Positions 28,496 through 37,392 are shown, numbered from the stretch's first letter. The stretch: 64,000 nt of DNA from Alphaproteobacteria bacterium (GCA_013815465.1 JACDGE010000007.1:3001-67000); one strand, 5' to 3'. Numbers and translations: made by a program. Notes: generated from the letters alone by a model not told the origin.

Positions 28496-29686
28496 ATGGC
28501 AAAAGAAAAGTTTGAGCGGAAGAAGCCGCATTGTAACATTGGAACGATTGGTCATGTGGACCATGGGAAGACGACCTTAACGGCGGCGATAACAAAAGTG
28601 TTATCGTTGACGGGTGGCGCGGTGTTTACAGGTTATGACATGATTGACAAGGCGCCGGAAGAAAGAGCGCGGGGGATCACCATCTCGACAGCCCACGTTG
28701 AGTATGAAACGCCCGATCGTCACTATGCGCACGTTGATTGTCCCGGACACGCGGACTACGTGAAGAACATGATCACGGGTGCAGCTCAAATGGATGGTGC
28801 GATTCTGGTTGTGAATGCGGCCGATGGTCCGATGCCTCAGACTCGCGAACACATTTTGCTTGCGCGCCAAGTTGGTGTTCCCGCTCTTGTTGTCTTTATG
28901 AACAAAGTGGATCAGGTTGATGATCCTGAGCTGATAGAATTGGTTGAGATGGAAATTCGTGAATTGCTGACTTCTTATGGTTTTCCAGGGGATGATATTC
29001 CGATTGTGAAAGGATCCGCCTTGTGTGCCTTAGAAGGCCGTGAGGATCCCATTGGAAAAGATGCGATTATGGAGTTGATGACGGCTGTTGATACGTATAT
29101 TCCCCAGCCCGAGAGAGCGCTGGACAAACCCTTTTTGATGCCGATTGAAGACGTGTTTTCTATCTCTGGCCGTGGTACGGTTGTGACGGGGCGTGTTGAG
29201 AACGGAATTGTCAAAGTTGGAGAAGAAGTAGAAATTATTGGTTTGAAGGCGACGGTGAAGACGACAGTGACGGGCGTTGAAATGTTCCGTAAGCTGTTGG
29301 ATCAAGGTCAAGCGGGCGATAACGTTGGTGCGCTTCTTCGAGGAACCAAGAGAGAAGACGTGGAGCGTGGGCAAGTTTTGGCAAAGCCAGGAAGTATCAC
29401 GCCGCACACGAACTTCAATTGTGAAGCTTATATTTTGAAGAAAGAAGAAGGTGGTCGTCATACGCCCTTTTTTGGGAACTATCGTCCTCAGTTTTACTTC
29501 CGTACGACGGATGTGACAGGGACGGTGAAGTTACCGGATGGGGTAGAGATGGTGATGCCTGGAGACAATGTAACGATGGAAGTTGAGCTGATTGCTCCAA
29601 TTGCCATGGATGAAGGTCTTCGTTTTGCGATCCGCGAGGGTGGCCGTACAGTTGGTGCGGGCGTCGTCGCTTCCATCAAGAAGTAA
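28496..29686 (+). CDS. tuf: Elongation factor Tu (copy 1, tufB-type context)
   Basis: 396 aa. [22 protein letters not shown]. The protein is identical to the copy at 51232-52422. Confidence 0.98.
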   Translation: MAKEKFERKKPHCNIGTIGHVDHGKTTLTAAITKVLSLTGGAVFTGYDMIDKAPEERARGITISTAHVEYETPDRHYAHVDCPGHADYVKNMITGAAQMDGAILVVNAADGPMPQTREHILLARQVGVPALVVFMNKVDQVDDPELIELVEMEIRELLTSYGFPGDDIPIVKGSALCALEGREDPIGKDAIMELMTAVDTYIPQPERALDKPFLMPIEDVFSISGRGTVVTGRVENGIVKVGEEVEIIGLKATVKTTVTGVEMFRKLLDQGQAGDNVGALLRGTKREDVERGQVLAKPGSITPHTNFNCEAYILKKEEGGRHTPFFGNYRPQFYFRTTDVTGTVKLPDGVEMVMPGDNVTMEVELIAPIAMDEGLRFAIREGGRTVGAGVVASIKK

Positions 29687-29760
29687 GGAATTCACGGGTC
29701 AGGATTCAGAGGTTGGGGGTCAGAAGAGATCCTATCTCTGATTCCTGATTCCTGTTATGT

Positions 29761-29837
29761 AGGAGTGTAGCTCAACTGGCTAGAGTACCGGTCTCCAAAA
29801 CCGGGGGTTGTGGGTTCGAGTCCCACCACTCCTGCCA
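29761..29837 (+). tRNA. tRNA-Trp (CCA), CCA end encoded
   Basis: Acceptor AGGAGTG/CACTCCT, anticodon arm CCGGT-CTCCAAA-ACCGG, T arm GTGGG-TTCGAGT-CCCAC. Confidence 0.9.
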
Positions 29838-30363
29838 AGGTTTACCTTGGTTTGTCTAACGTCACTTTTCCTTCGGGGACCTGCTTAGGTCGTTAAGACG
29901 CAACAATATAGCGTAATACGTGATGCGCAACAATAAACTCTTACCCCAAATTACCAGGCCTTCCTCCCGAAAATTTCTTCAAAGTGTCCCGCTATTATCC
30001 TCCGGATATAAGCGCTCCTCGTATTAAAGTGTGATTTTAAAATTCTTAAAGAGGGATGCGATAAAAAGTAATAACCAGGAGGCAGGGGGGACGCAAGAAC
30101 TGCCTATTGCATTTTTATCCGACCCCGGTTTGAGTACGAATATGTCAGTATTGTCCGTTTCTCCTCAATGGTTTTTGGGAAGACTATTTTGCGGTTGCAT
30201 GTTTCACGTATTAGGCTTGAAAAGTGAAACACTCACTTCTTTTGTGAAATACGCGTGAAATATGGGTCCAAAAAAAGTGTTTCCTGATGGAACACTCCAC
30301 CGGCTCTCCTCCACACCATTTTTAGGGATTCCTCATGCGCCTTAGAGAAAACCGTGACGTTGC

Positions 30364-31497
30364 TTAAGAGCTTACCGCAGAATTCAAACGATAAAATCTA
30401 ATATAATTCCCATATCGGGTATCTACATAAAAAAGAGGATGTTTATAAACCGGCTCATTGCCCCACTTGGATTCAACAAAACCGAGGGAATCATAAACAC
30501 CATAATGTGCGGGCCACCCTAACTGCTTATAATAACAAACAAGGTCTCCTTTTTTGGGCTCTCTTGTTGCTGTAAAATACTCCTCAATCCTTTCGTTATT
30601 CGGGCATTCTACTCCTTGAAGATTCGGATAGTGGTCCTTGTAGTCGGAGGTCTTAAAGATTGCACCAAATGCATACATATAACACTTTCCAAAGAATTTA
30701 ATATAGTTCATACGCTGTATTTCAGCAGGATATTTAGATTCAGGATGGTCACAGTTATCTAACTCTTCTCTAATTCGCTTATTTTCTTCCGATGCATCAA
30801 ATTCTACGTATAAATCATCGCGCATCGTGAAAGTAAAAATATCTTCTTTTACTGTGTCTATGGTATATGGCTGCGGTTTAAGACGATAAAACTGGGCCAA
30901 ATCTCCATAATAATCAGGAGAGAAAAAGACATCATGTTGATAAACAAAGGGATTGTTCCATCCCCATTTAGACTCTACCCTTCCTCCAAGCTTAGCCTCT
31001 CTATAAATCCCCGTATGAGGAACATACTGTGCTTTTGGGTAGACTGCCAGGTCCCCCTCTTCTGGCCGTGTTGTGCAGTCAAAATAGTGATTGACGATAT
31101 AGCCTATTCCGTAAGCCTTCGCTTGATAGAGGATTGCATGAAAGGGAACTCCAGAACTTTGTTCTAATGGTTCCCTTAATGTCTTTAGGGTATACTCATA
31201 AGCATGGAGGGCTGACTCCTTATCTTCTAATTCTTTGAGTTCAAGGAAAAAACCCCCGCCTTCTTTGATTTCTTCTGTATAAGTCATTTTTTGCCATGAG
31301 GTTGCTCTGTTAGAGTTAGGCTTCCCGGCTATAAACGACCTTGAATAGGTTTCTACCCCATCCTTTTCATTACTTTTTTGAAGACTTGGGGTTCCCGCCA
31401 CCGGCCCTAAATTCTCAGGCTCAACGCTCATGGCCTGGCAAAAATGAGAATTAAGGAAAGAAAAACTAAAAATAAAGATAGTTAAACAATTAATCAT
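30364..31497 (-). CDS. Secreted protein with two tandem papain-like (NlpC/P60-type motif order) repeats
   Basis: 377 aa. Leader MINCLTIFIFSFSFLNSHFCQA, then MSVEPE. There is an internal duplication: ...EEGDLAVYPK..PHTGIYREAKLGGRVESKWGWNNPFVYQHDVFF..YYGDLAQFYRLK versus GKCYMYAFG...KKGDLVCYYK..AHYGVYDSLGFVESKWGNEPVYKHPLFY..RYGNYIRFYRLN. Confidence 0.5.
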   Translation of the reverse strand: MINCLTIFIFSFSFLNSHFCQAMSVEPENLGPVAGTPSLQKSNEKDGVETYSRSFIAGKPNSNRATSWQKMTYTEEIKEGGGFFLELKELEDKESALHAYEYTLKTLREPLEQSSGVPFHAILYQAKAYGIGYIVNHYFDCTTRPEEGDLAVYPKAQYVPHTGIYREAKLGGRVESKWGWNNPFVYQHDVFFSPDYYGDLAQFYRLKPQPYTIDTVKEDIFTFTMRDDLYVEFDASEENKRIREELDNCDHPESKYPAEIQRMNYIKFFGKCYMYAFGAIFKTSDYKDHYPNLQGVECPNNERIEEYFTATREPKKGDLVCYYKQLGWPAHYGVYDSLGFVESKWGNEPVYKHPLFYVDTRYGNYIRFYRLNSAVSS

Positions 31498-31887
31498 TTA
31501 TGTCGTTTTATCGTAAACAGTGTTGTGTACATAAATATTAATTAGTAATTAAAGTAAATATTTAAAGGGGCGAGCCTATTAATTGTACATTTTTAGACCT
31601 TCAGCCCCTCGCCTTCAGCCGGTCAATCGAAGTTTTTCTAATAATCTGTGGATGTTTTTTGGGTTGTGTAAAGGTTCTCTTGCGTAAAATACAGCGGCTG
31701 CTTCTCATTATTATTATTAATAATTAACCAAAAACATTGCTGGACACGCTCATTATAATTTACTTCTTTATTATATATTTGCCAGCTCACTACCCCATGA
31801 TTTTTTTGAGGTAGGAAAGAAGGGCTCGAAAAGTTTCATAAAATTCTAGATCTTTAGTTTGACAAAAAACAAAAAGAAAGAAAAACT

Positions 31888-32100
31888 ATGGATCTCGCGG
31901 CCCTTCTCGAAAGATATCAAACCCTATTACCCTGAAATTTGGCAAGAACAAAATGCTTTGTGAGCATGATTTTAGGAATGATTGCCTCAGGATCAGTCCA
32001 ACAACACAAGACCGCCCTTGGATTTACAGGAACTGCCAAACAAAAATCTGTTTGTACCCGAATCTCTAATTTCTTAAAAACATTCGACTTCATCTATTAA
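31888..32100 (+). pseudogene. IS4-family-like transposase N-terminal remnant (in-frame TGA at 31933-31935)
   Basis: MDLAALLERYQTLLP*NLARTKCFVSMILGMIASGSVQQHKTALGFTGTAKQKSVCTRISNFLKTF resembles the N-terminal W-N-x-A-R...V-x-L...A-x-x-F-x-G-x-A-K-x-x-S...R-x-x-x-F pattern of IS4-type transposases. The inverted copy reads TGG (Trp) at the stop position. Confidence 0.5.
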
Positions 32101-32152
32101 TCATGTTATACGTGGATTAAATTATGTTGTATTTAATAAATTAAATTTTACG

Positions 32153-32593
32153 ATGATGAAAAATTTCTTATTATGCATTTGCTTAAGTTTAACTATAAGC
32201 ACCGCCAAAGCGATGGAGGAGGAACATAGTCCTCTCTCACCGACCTATAGACCCGTTTTCAGACAAGGCTTTTCGATGCAAGACCTTGGACGATGCGCGC
32301 AAGTAAGCCGTCAGTGGAATGAGCATTCAGCCGATAATTTTTTTTGGGATCCAATCGCCCAAGATTATGGAAACTTTCATGGGTTTCCAACCACATTGGA
32401 TTTCAGTAGGATACCTAAGAAATGGAAAGACATGATGCACCGCACGCTAACTCATAGGATAGCTCCACACAGTCTAGTCACTCCCACCTTAACGTATAAA
32501 AGGGTAGAAAATTTTAAGAAGCGTCAAGAAATTGATCCAAAGTTCAAACCGACTGCTTTGGACATAATCTCTAATAGTAGAATTGTGTTGTAA
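32153..32593 (+). CDS. Secreted F-box-like motif protein, paralog D (short)
   Basis: 146 aa. Leader MMKNFLLCICLSLTISTAKA, then MEEEHS. It has the clearest F-box-like segment: FSMQDLGRCAQVSRQWNEHSADNFFWDPI. Confidence 0.6.
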   Translation: MMKNFLLCICLSLTISTAKAMEEEHSPLSPTYRPVFRQGFSMQDLGRCAQVSRQWNEHSADNFFWDPIAQDYGNFHGFPTTLDFSRIPKKWKDMMHRTLTHRIAPHSLVTPTLTYKRVENFKKRQEIDPKFKPTALDIISNSRIVL

Positions 32594-33005
32594 CTTACGT
32601 CCGCATTGGCATCAAAACATAAAGAGCTGATGTATCCGCCCCGTCTTTCGCAATAATGGCTTGGGTTTCATCCCCAATGAGCAGCTGTAATGAAGGGCTG
32701 GAAATTTGCTGTGTCACGTCAAGAAACATTTTATTCTTGCCAAATTCCAGGGTAATAGGGTGCGATATCTTTCGAGAAGGGCCGCGAGATCCATAGTATT
32801 TCTTTCTTTTTGTTTATTGCTAAACTAAAGATCTAAAATTTTATAAATCTTTTCAATCCCTTCTTTCCTGCCTCAAAAAATCATGGGGTAGTGAGATTTG
32901 CCAGTATAGAGACCCTCTGCTTATTATAGAGGGCATTATCGCTCGATTACATACGAATAATTTTGCGGACACTTAAAAGAGGTCAGAGTTTCCTTAGATA
33001 TTCCT

Positions 33006-33641
33006 TTACATTTTTTCTTTTGCTTTATCCTGATTATCAAGATCTATTGGTTTTGCATTTTTAGCATTTTGAAATTTTTCAATGTCTTCTTTAGGAGTAA
33101 GATCTTTGTGGGGAGGGATATCGTTATAAATGTGACTAAAAAACACTAATCCATCCACGAGCCTTGCAAAATGCTTATACGTCGTTGGGATCCCGGTAAG
33201 AGGATTATGATTGGTAACTTTTTGTGTTGTTAAAGCCCCTTCAGGATTTTTTTCAACTTCTTCTAACAGTTCTTGGTTTACAAACTTACCATCCGGATTT
33301 TGCCAAGACAATGCATTATGTCCTACTAGCCCGGGATACTTACAAGAAGCTAAAATAACTCCATCTTCTGTCATAACATTAACTCCCATAGAGCCAAATT
33401 CATAGTTCTTGCAAAAAGGATTATTAGAATCACTAAATAATTTAATAGATTCTTTAAGCCCATTTTTTTGATAAAAACAAACAGCATTATTAACAAGTTC
33501 TATGGTTTTTTGTTGTTTTATAGCACTTGAATCTGTGGATTCAGAAAAATGGTCATATTTTCCAGTTTTACAATCTGCATAAAGGTTAGATGTCAGCAAG
33601 GCTGAAATCAGCATAATAGCTTTATAATGAATTATTTTCAT
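33006..33641 (-). CDS. Secreted single-Cache (sCache_2-like) domain protein
   Basis: 211 aa with a signal peptide. The core AVCFYQKNGLKESIKLFSDSNNPF...GVNVMTEDGVILAS.KYPGLVGHNALSWQNPDGKFVNQELLEEV follows the standalone Cache domain pattern (helix, then a strand with 'G.vla...P.lvG.n......D.dG'). Confidence 0.55.
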   Translation of the reverse strand: MKIIHYKAIMLISALLTSNLYADCKTGKYDHFSESTDSSAIKQQKTIELVNNAVCFYQKNGLKESIKLFSDSNNPFCKNYEFGSMGVNVMTEDGVILASCKYPGLVGHNALSWQNPDGKFVNQELLEEVEKNPEGALTTQKVTNHNPLTGIPTTYKHFARLVDGLVFFSHIYNDIPPHKDLTPKEDIEKFQNAKNAKPIDLDNQDKAKEKM

Positions 33642-33929
33642 AATTTGTTCTCCATTTTATAATAGCCTACTCATATTTGATTAAAAATTAGTTACCTTTT
33701 TTATTGTACAAAATTTTTTGATGGAGGCGATAATGGCATGAGGCTTTGGTGGTGGCCCAGATTTCACCCATTAAGATCCTTGGCACAGGTAGTTGAACAC
33801 TCTCCGGTTCAATACATGGGACTGCAAAGATTATAAGCCCAATTTTAGTCTTCTTCACATAGATTGTATCTCTGTCTTTAATCGCGGAAAAATTGTAGAG
33901 AATGCTACTCAACAGGAACTTCTCCAGAG

Positions 33930-34254
33930 CTAGCATTTACACACCTTTCCGGAATATCCGGGTGGGAGGCCCCTTGTCGGAGAGGAAGGATGAGCAATTT
34001 TGAGGCTCTTGAGGATCGTTCTTCCACAAGTCTTATCTCTTTTCTGAGACGAAATTATACACTCTTGTCCCAAAACACACATCCGGTCAAAGTACCCCCG
34101 ATGAATTTTGGAGATTCGTAAACTCCACCTAACCCCTTGAAACTTTGGTGCCGGAGAAGTGAGTCGAACTCGAGGTAATAAACGTACCTGTAAGGGCTTT
34201 TCTTTTTGCCGCTGGCTTATGCCCCTCTTCTTGCGTGATGACAAAAGCTGACAT
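33930..34254 (-). pseudogene. Possible remnant of a P4-type (DUF4102-type N-terminus) integrase gene, frameshifted
   Basis: Minus-strand fragments ..GHKPAAKRKAL..SGTKVSRG and ..VLGQECIISSQKRDKTCGRTILKSLKIAHPS loosely follow the integrase N-terminal pattern AKP..K.YKL...G.K.WR.KYR...LG.YP..SL..AR..R.....L..GIDPS. The similarity is weak. Confidence 0.25.
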
Positions 34255-34446
34255 AAAACATATTAAAAGCACATATCTTTCTAGACTAAAGAGCCTGAGC
34301 CATGGGACGCTCCTCGGATATTTGGCGACAAAAAACAGTAACAAATCTGTACAAACAACAACAAAGAATCAGAGGCAAGCAATTGATTTGATTGACATCA
34401 TTTGTTAACGTTTGTTGTCAGTTAAACACTTTAACTGTCGTCAAAG

Positions 34447-34482
34447 GGAGGGGCGCGGGTTCGAGCCCTGCCCCTCCTGCCA
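34447..34482 (+). other. Orphan tRNA-Trp-like 3' fragment (T arm, acceptor 3' strand and CCA); candidate att remnant
   Basis: GGAGGGGCGCGGGTTCGAGCCCTGCCCCTCCTGCCA parallels the 3' part of tRNA-Trp (GGGGGTTGTGGGTTCGAGTCCCACCACTCCTGCCA). No matching 5' acceptor strand (AGGAGGG) lies at the required distance upstream. Confidence 0.6.
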
Positions 34483-34545
34483 AAAACATTTGTAATTTAG
34501 ATTAAACCCTGCTAAGAAAGGGTGGAGTTAACCCGGAAAAGGACT

Positions 34546-34743
34546 ATGGCAAAGATATCTCCCCTTGAATTTATGCGCCAAGTGCGTCAAGAAGTGTCGA
34601 AGGTCACGTGGCCAACACGCAAAGAAACAATTATAACGTCTATTATGGTGTTTCTGATGGTGTTCATCTGCGCCGTGTTTTTTTTAATTGTGGATCGCCT
34701 CCTCGCGTGGGGAGTCTCTTTCATTTTAGGAATGGGAGCTTAG
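34546..34743 (+). CDS. secE: Preprotein translocase subunit SecE
   Basis: Start chosen at MAKISPLEFMRQVRQEVSKVTWPTRKE (conserved SecE N-terminus) with a single TM. It precedes nusG. Confidence 0.88.
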   Translation: MAKISPLEFMRQVRQEVSKVTWPTRKETIITSIMVFLMVFICAVFFLIVDRLLAWGVSFILGMGA

Positions 34744-34748
34744 GACAA

Positions 34749-35288
34749 ATGTTGCCACAAAATTTTCATTGGTACGTTGTGAATGTTTATTCAGGATACG
34801 AAAAAAAAGTTGTTGAATATATTCAAGAGCAGGCCTCAAAAAAAGGTTTTTCTCATCAGATCGAAACAATTTTTGTTCCTACCGAAGAGGTTGTTGAAGT
34901 AAAAAAGGGTGCAAAGGTTACATCTGAGCGTCAATTTTTTCCCGGCTATGTGTTGATAAAAATGCAATTAACCGATGAACTCTGGCACTTGATTCGACAT
35001 ACCCCAAAGGTTTCTGGCTTTTTAGGAGCTAAAGGAAAGCCCACTCCTGTTAACCAAGTTGAGGTTGATCGAATCTTGGTGCAGGTTGCAGAAGGTGTTC
35101 AAAAGCCCAAATCAACAGTTACTTTTGAAGTGGGTGAACAAGTGCGTGTTTCAGAAGGGCCCTTTACATCGTTTAATGGGCTTGTGGAAGAAGTGGATGA
35201 AGAAAAACAGCGCGTTAAGGTGGCTGTTTCCATCTTTGGTCGGTCAACGCCCATTGATTTGGATTTTGTTCAGGTGGAAAAAATTTAA
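34749..35288 (+). CDS. nusG: Transcription termination/antitermination factor NusG
   Basis: Start at ATG 34749 (MLPQNFHWYVVNVYSGYEKKV). NGN domain plus the KOW motif (FEVGEQVRVSEGPFTSFNGLVEEVD). Confidence 0.93.
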   Translation: MLPQNFHWYVVNVYSGYEKKVVEYIQEQASKKGFSHQIETIFVPTEEVVEVKKGAKVTSERQFFPGYVLIKMQLTDELWHLIRHTPKVSGFLGAKGKPTPVNQVEVDRILVQVAEGVQKPKSTVTFEVGEQVRVSEGPFTSFNGLVEEVDEEKQRVKVAVSIFGRSTPIDLDFVQVEKI

Positions 35289-35358
35289 CCCTGTATAAGG
35301 GCTACTGCGGGAGGCGTGCCATCGCCGTACCGCAAACTCAAAGAAGAAGGAGTAAAAA

Positions 35359-35787
35359 ATGGCAAAGAAAATTGAAGGCTATATTAAGCTGCAGATTCCT
35401 GCAGGAAAAGCAAATCCATCGCCCCCCGTTGGGCCAGCTCTTGGGCAGCGTGGACTCAATATTATGGAATTCTGTAAGGCATTTAATGCCCAAACACAGA
35501 GTATGGAGCCAGGCATACCTATCCCCGTAGTTATTACAGCGTATGGTGATAGGACGTTTAGCTTTGTTACGAAAACCCCCCCTGTGAGCTACTTCTTAAA
35601 AAAAGCGGCAGGACTTACAAAAGGATCTGCCACTGCAGGAGCAGGAACTATAGGAAAAGTAACAATGGAACAAGTTCGTGAGATTGCAAAGACGAAGATG
35701 CAAGATCTCAATGCAAATGACATTGAGGGAGCATCCCAGATGATCGTAGGGTCTGCCCGTTCTATGGGCATTGAGGTAGTGGAGTAA
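35359..35787 (+). CDS. rplK: 50S ribosomal protein L11
   Basis: 142 aa. [35 protein letters not shown]. Confidence 0.97.
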   Translation: MAKKIEGYIKLQIPAGKANPSPPVGPALGQRGLNIMEFCKAFNAQTQSMEPGIPIPVVITAYGDRTFSFVTKTPPVSYFLKKAAGLTKGSATAGAGTIGKVTMEQVREIAKTKMQDLNANDIEGASQMIVGSARSMGIEVVE

Positions 35788-35792
35788 AGAAA

Positions 35793-36479
35793 ATGGCAGG
35801 AAAACGGATTCGTAATGCTTATGAAGGACTTGATTCTTTATCCCATTATAGTGTAAAAGAGGCTATTCGCGTCGTAAAGAAGCGGGCAACAGCAAAATTT
35901 GATGAAACAATTGAATTGGCTATGAATTTAAATGTTGATCCTCGAAAGTCGGAACAAAATATACGTGGTGTCACCCAATTGCCAGCAGGAACGGGTAAAA
36001 CCCTCCGTGTTGCTGTTTTTGCTAAAGGAGCAAAGGCAGAAGAGGCAAAAAAAGCTGGTGCAGATATTGTGGGAGACGAAGATTTAGCTGAAAAAATTCA
36101 AGGAGGCGAAATTAATTTTGATCGCTGCATTGCAACGCCGGATATGATGGGTCTTTTAGGAAAGCTTGCTCGCATATTAGGGCCCCGAGGGCTTATGCCG
36201 AATCCAAAACTGGGCACAGTTACGATGGATGTGGGTGAAGCTGTAAAGGCTGCAAAAGGCGGTCAGGTGGAGTATCGTGCAGAAAAAGCAGGAATCGTTC
36301 ATGCGGGAATCGGAAAAGTTAGTTTTTCAGAGGAAGATATTGAGAGAAACTTGCGTTCTTTCGTGGATGCGATTATGAAGGCTAAACCTACTGGTGTAAA
36401 AGGGGCATATGTAAAAAATATTTCTCTTTCATCAACCATGGGGCCATCCGTAAGGATTGAGATTGCTGATTTAACATAA
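35793..36479 (+). CDS. rplA: 50S ribosomal protein L1
   Basis: 228 aa. [24 protein letters not shown] and [10 protein letters not shown]. Confidence 0.97.
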   Translation: MAGKRIRNAYEGLDSLSHYSVKEAIRVVKKRATAKFDETIELAMNLNVDPRKSEQNIRGVTQLPAGTGKTLRVAVFAKGAKAEEAKKAGADIVGDEDLAEKIQGGEINFDRCIATPDMMGLLGKLARILGPRGLMPNPKLGTVTMDVGEAVKAAKGGQVEYRAEKAGIVHAGIGKVSFSEEDIERNLRSFVDAIMKAKPTGVKGAYVKNISLSSTMGPSVRIEIADLT

Positions 36480-36733
36480 TTACCGCGTGAGCGGTGATGA
36501 GGGAATACCATTTCCCTCAACCTGTCCAAGACTGTGGGGATCATATATCCGCAGCTTAAAAGCTGAAGGGCAACGCCCCTGAAGCTCGAAAGCCAAAGGA
36601 TAGAGGTTTAAGGCGAAAGCCCCTACATAGACGGGAGAGTCGAAATGAGAGTGCGGCAGCCTCAAAATGACGATTTTCGCGGACGGGACGACCCAGTGAG
36701 AACTGGTTTTTAGTGTAACCTAATCTTTGGTTA

Positions 36734-36841
36734 TGCCCAAAGGATTTCAAGGCTTGTCCCTTAGCTCATGGCGGGGGGCTCCTAGATCCCCATGTTCCCC
36801 GCTTTTGCGAGGACGGGGACAGACTTGAAAGGCTGAAGGTT
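36734..36841 (+). mobile_element. MITE-like repeat, copy e (type II core with the internal module inverted relative to copy d)
   Basis: TGCCCAAAGGATTTCAAGGCTTGTCCC...GTTCCCCGCTTTTGCGAGGACGGGGACAGACTTGAAAGGCTGAAGG. The GTTCCCCGCTTTTGCGAGGACGGG block is the reverse complement of the block in copy d. Confidence 0.65.
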
Positions 36842-36859
36842 TATTCCAAGGATTAACAA

Positions 36860-37381
36860 ATGGAGACGTACATGGACCGTAGCGAAAAAGAACAGCTGGT
36901 CTCGTCTTTGCGTCAAGACCTTTCAGAGTCGAGTTTGGTCATTGTTGCCCAACAAACAGGGTTGACAGTGGCACAAGTCTCCGACTTGAGGCGTCAGATG
37001 CGTGAAGCGGGTGCACAGTACAAGGTTGCCAAAAATACATTGGCGCGCTTGGCTATTGCAGGTACAGAAAATGAACTTATGACAAGTTTCCTTTCTGGGC
37101 CAACAGCATTGGCTTATTCTAAAGATCCTGTTGCGGCTGCAAAGGTAACGATAAAATTTGCTAACACCAATGACAAATTCAAGGTAGTTGGAGGCTCACT
37201 CAACGGTAGGATTTTAAATGCTAAAGAAATTGAAAACCTATCCAAGCTTCCTCCGTTGAACGAATTGAGAGCAAAAATTATTGGTATTATTTCAACGCCT
37301 GCCACACGTGTGGCTGGTGTTTTGCAGGCGCCTGCAGGCCAATTGGCCCGGGTGTTTTCTGCTTATGGAAAAAAAGCTTAA
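36860..37381 (+). CDS. rplJ: 50S ribosomal protein L10
   Basis: 173 aa, with the typical L10 N-terminus (DRSEKEQLVSSLRQDLSES) and position before rplL. The start may be the second ATG at 36872. Confidence 0.93.
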   Translation: METYMDRSEKEQLVSSLRQDLSESSLVIVAQQTGLTVAQVSDLRRQMREAGAQYKVAKNTLARLAIAGTENELMTSFLSGPTALAYSKDPVAAAKVTIKFANTNDKFKVVGGSLNGRILNAKEIENLSKLPPLNELRAKIIGIISTPATRVAGVLQAPAGQLARVFSAYGKKA

Positions 37382-37392
37382 ATGACCCAATA

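Larger units (their letters stand above)
31786..32895. mobile_element. Non-autonomous transposable element with about 170-bp terminal inverted repeats and a 9-bp target-site duplication, carrying F-box-like paralog D
   Basis: Left arm 31786-31955 and right arm 32727-32895 are reverse complements; I count 14 substitutions and 1 indel over about 170 nt. ATTTGCCAG directly abuts both ends (31777-31785 and 32896-32904). Confidence 0.75.

Noticed and set aside
29700-29747. Inverted repeat CAGGATTCAGAG / CTCTGATTCCTG after tuf copy 1 as a terminator
   Set aside because: It has a 24-nt loop and no T-run, and tRNA-Trp lies just downstream and is expected to be co-transcribed. It is more likely a processing structure or chance.
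30031-30258. 75-aa plus-strand ORF at the left edge of the island
   Set aside because: It has a non-ATG start, no RBS and no recognisable family, and it sits in a region that looks like decayed non-coding DNA.
33688-34344. Three overlapping minus-strand ORFs (82, 104 and 71 aa) as real genes
   Set aside because: They are mutually overlapping in different frames, with no RBS and odd composition. They are better explained as fragments of a decayed gene, recorded only as a low-confidence integrase remnant.
34395-34482. The tRNA-like 3' end considered as a complete tRNA gene or as the acceptor piece of a (two-piece) tmRNA
   Set aside because: No 5' acceptor strand complementary to CCCTCCT lies at the right distance, and there is no D arm or anticodon arm. 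The upstream hairpin CAGTTAAA-CAC-TTTAACTG has a 3-nt loop. The acceptor sequence does not resemble the GGGGCTG.../...CCACCA alanine-type tmRNA stem, and no tag-peptide reading frame was seen.
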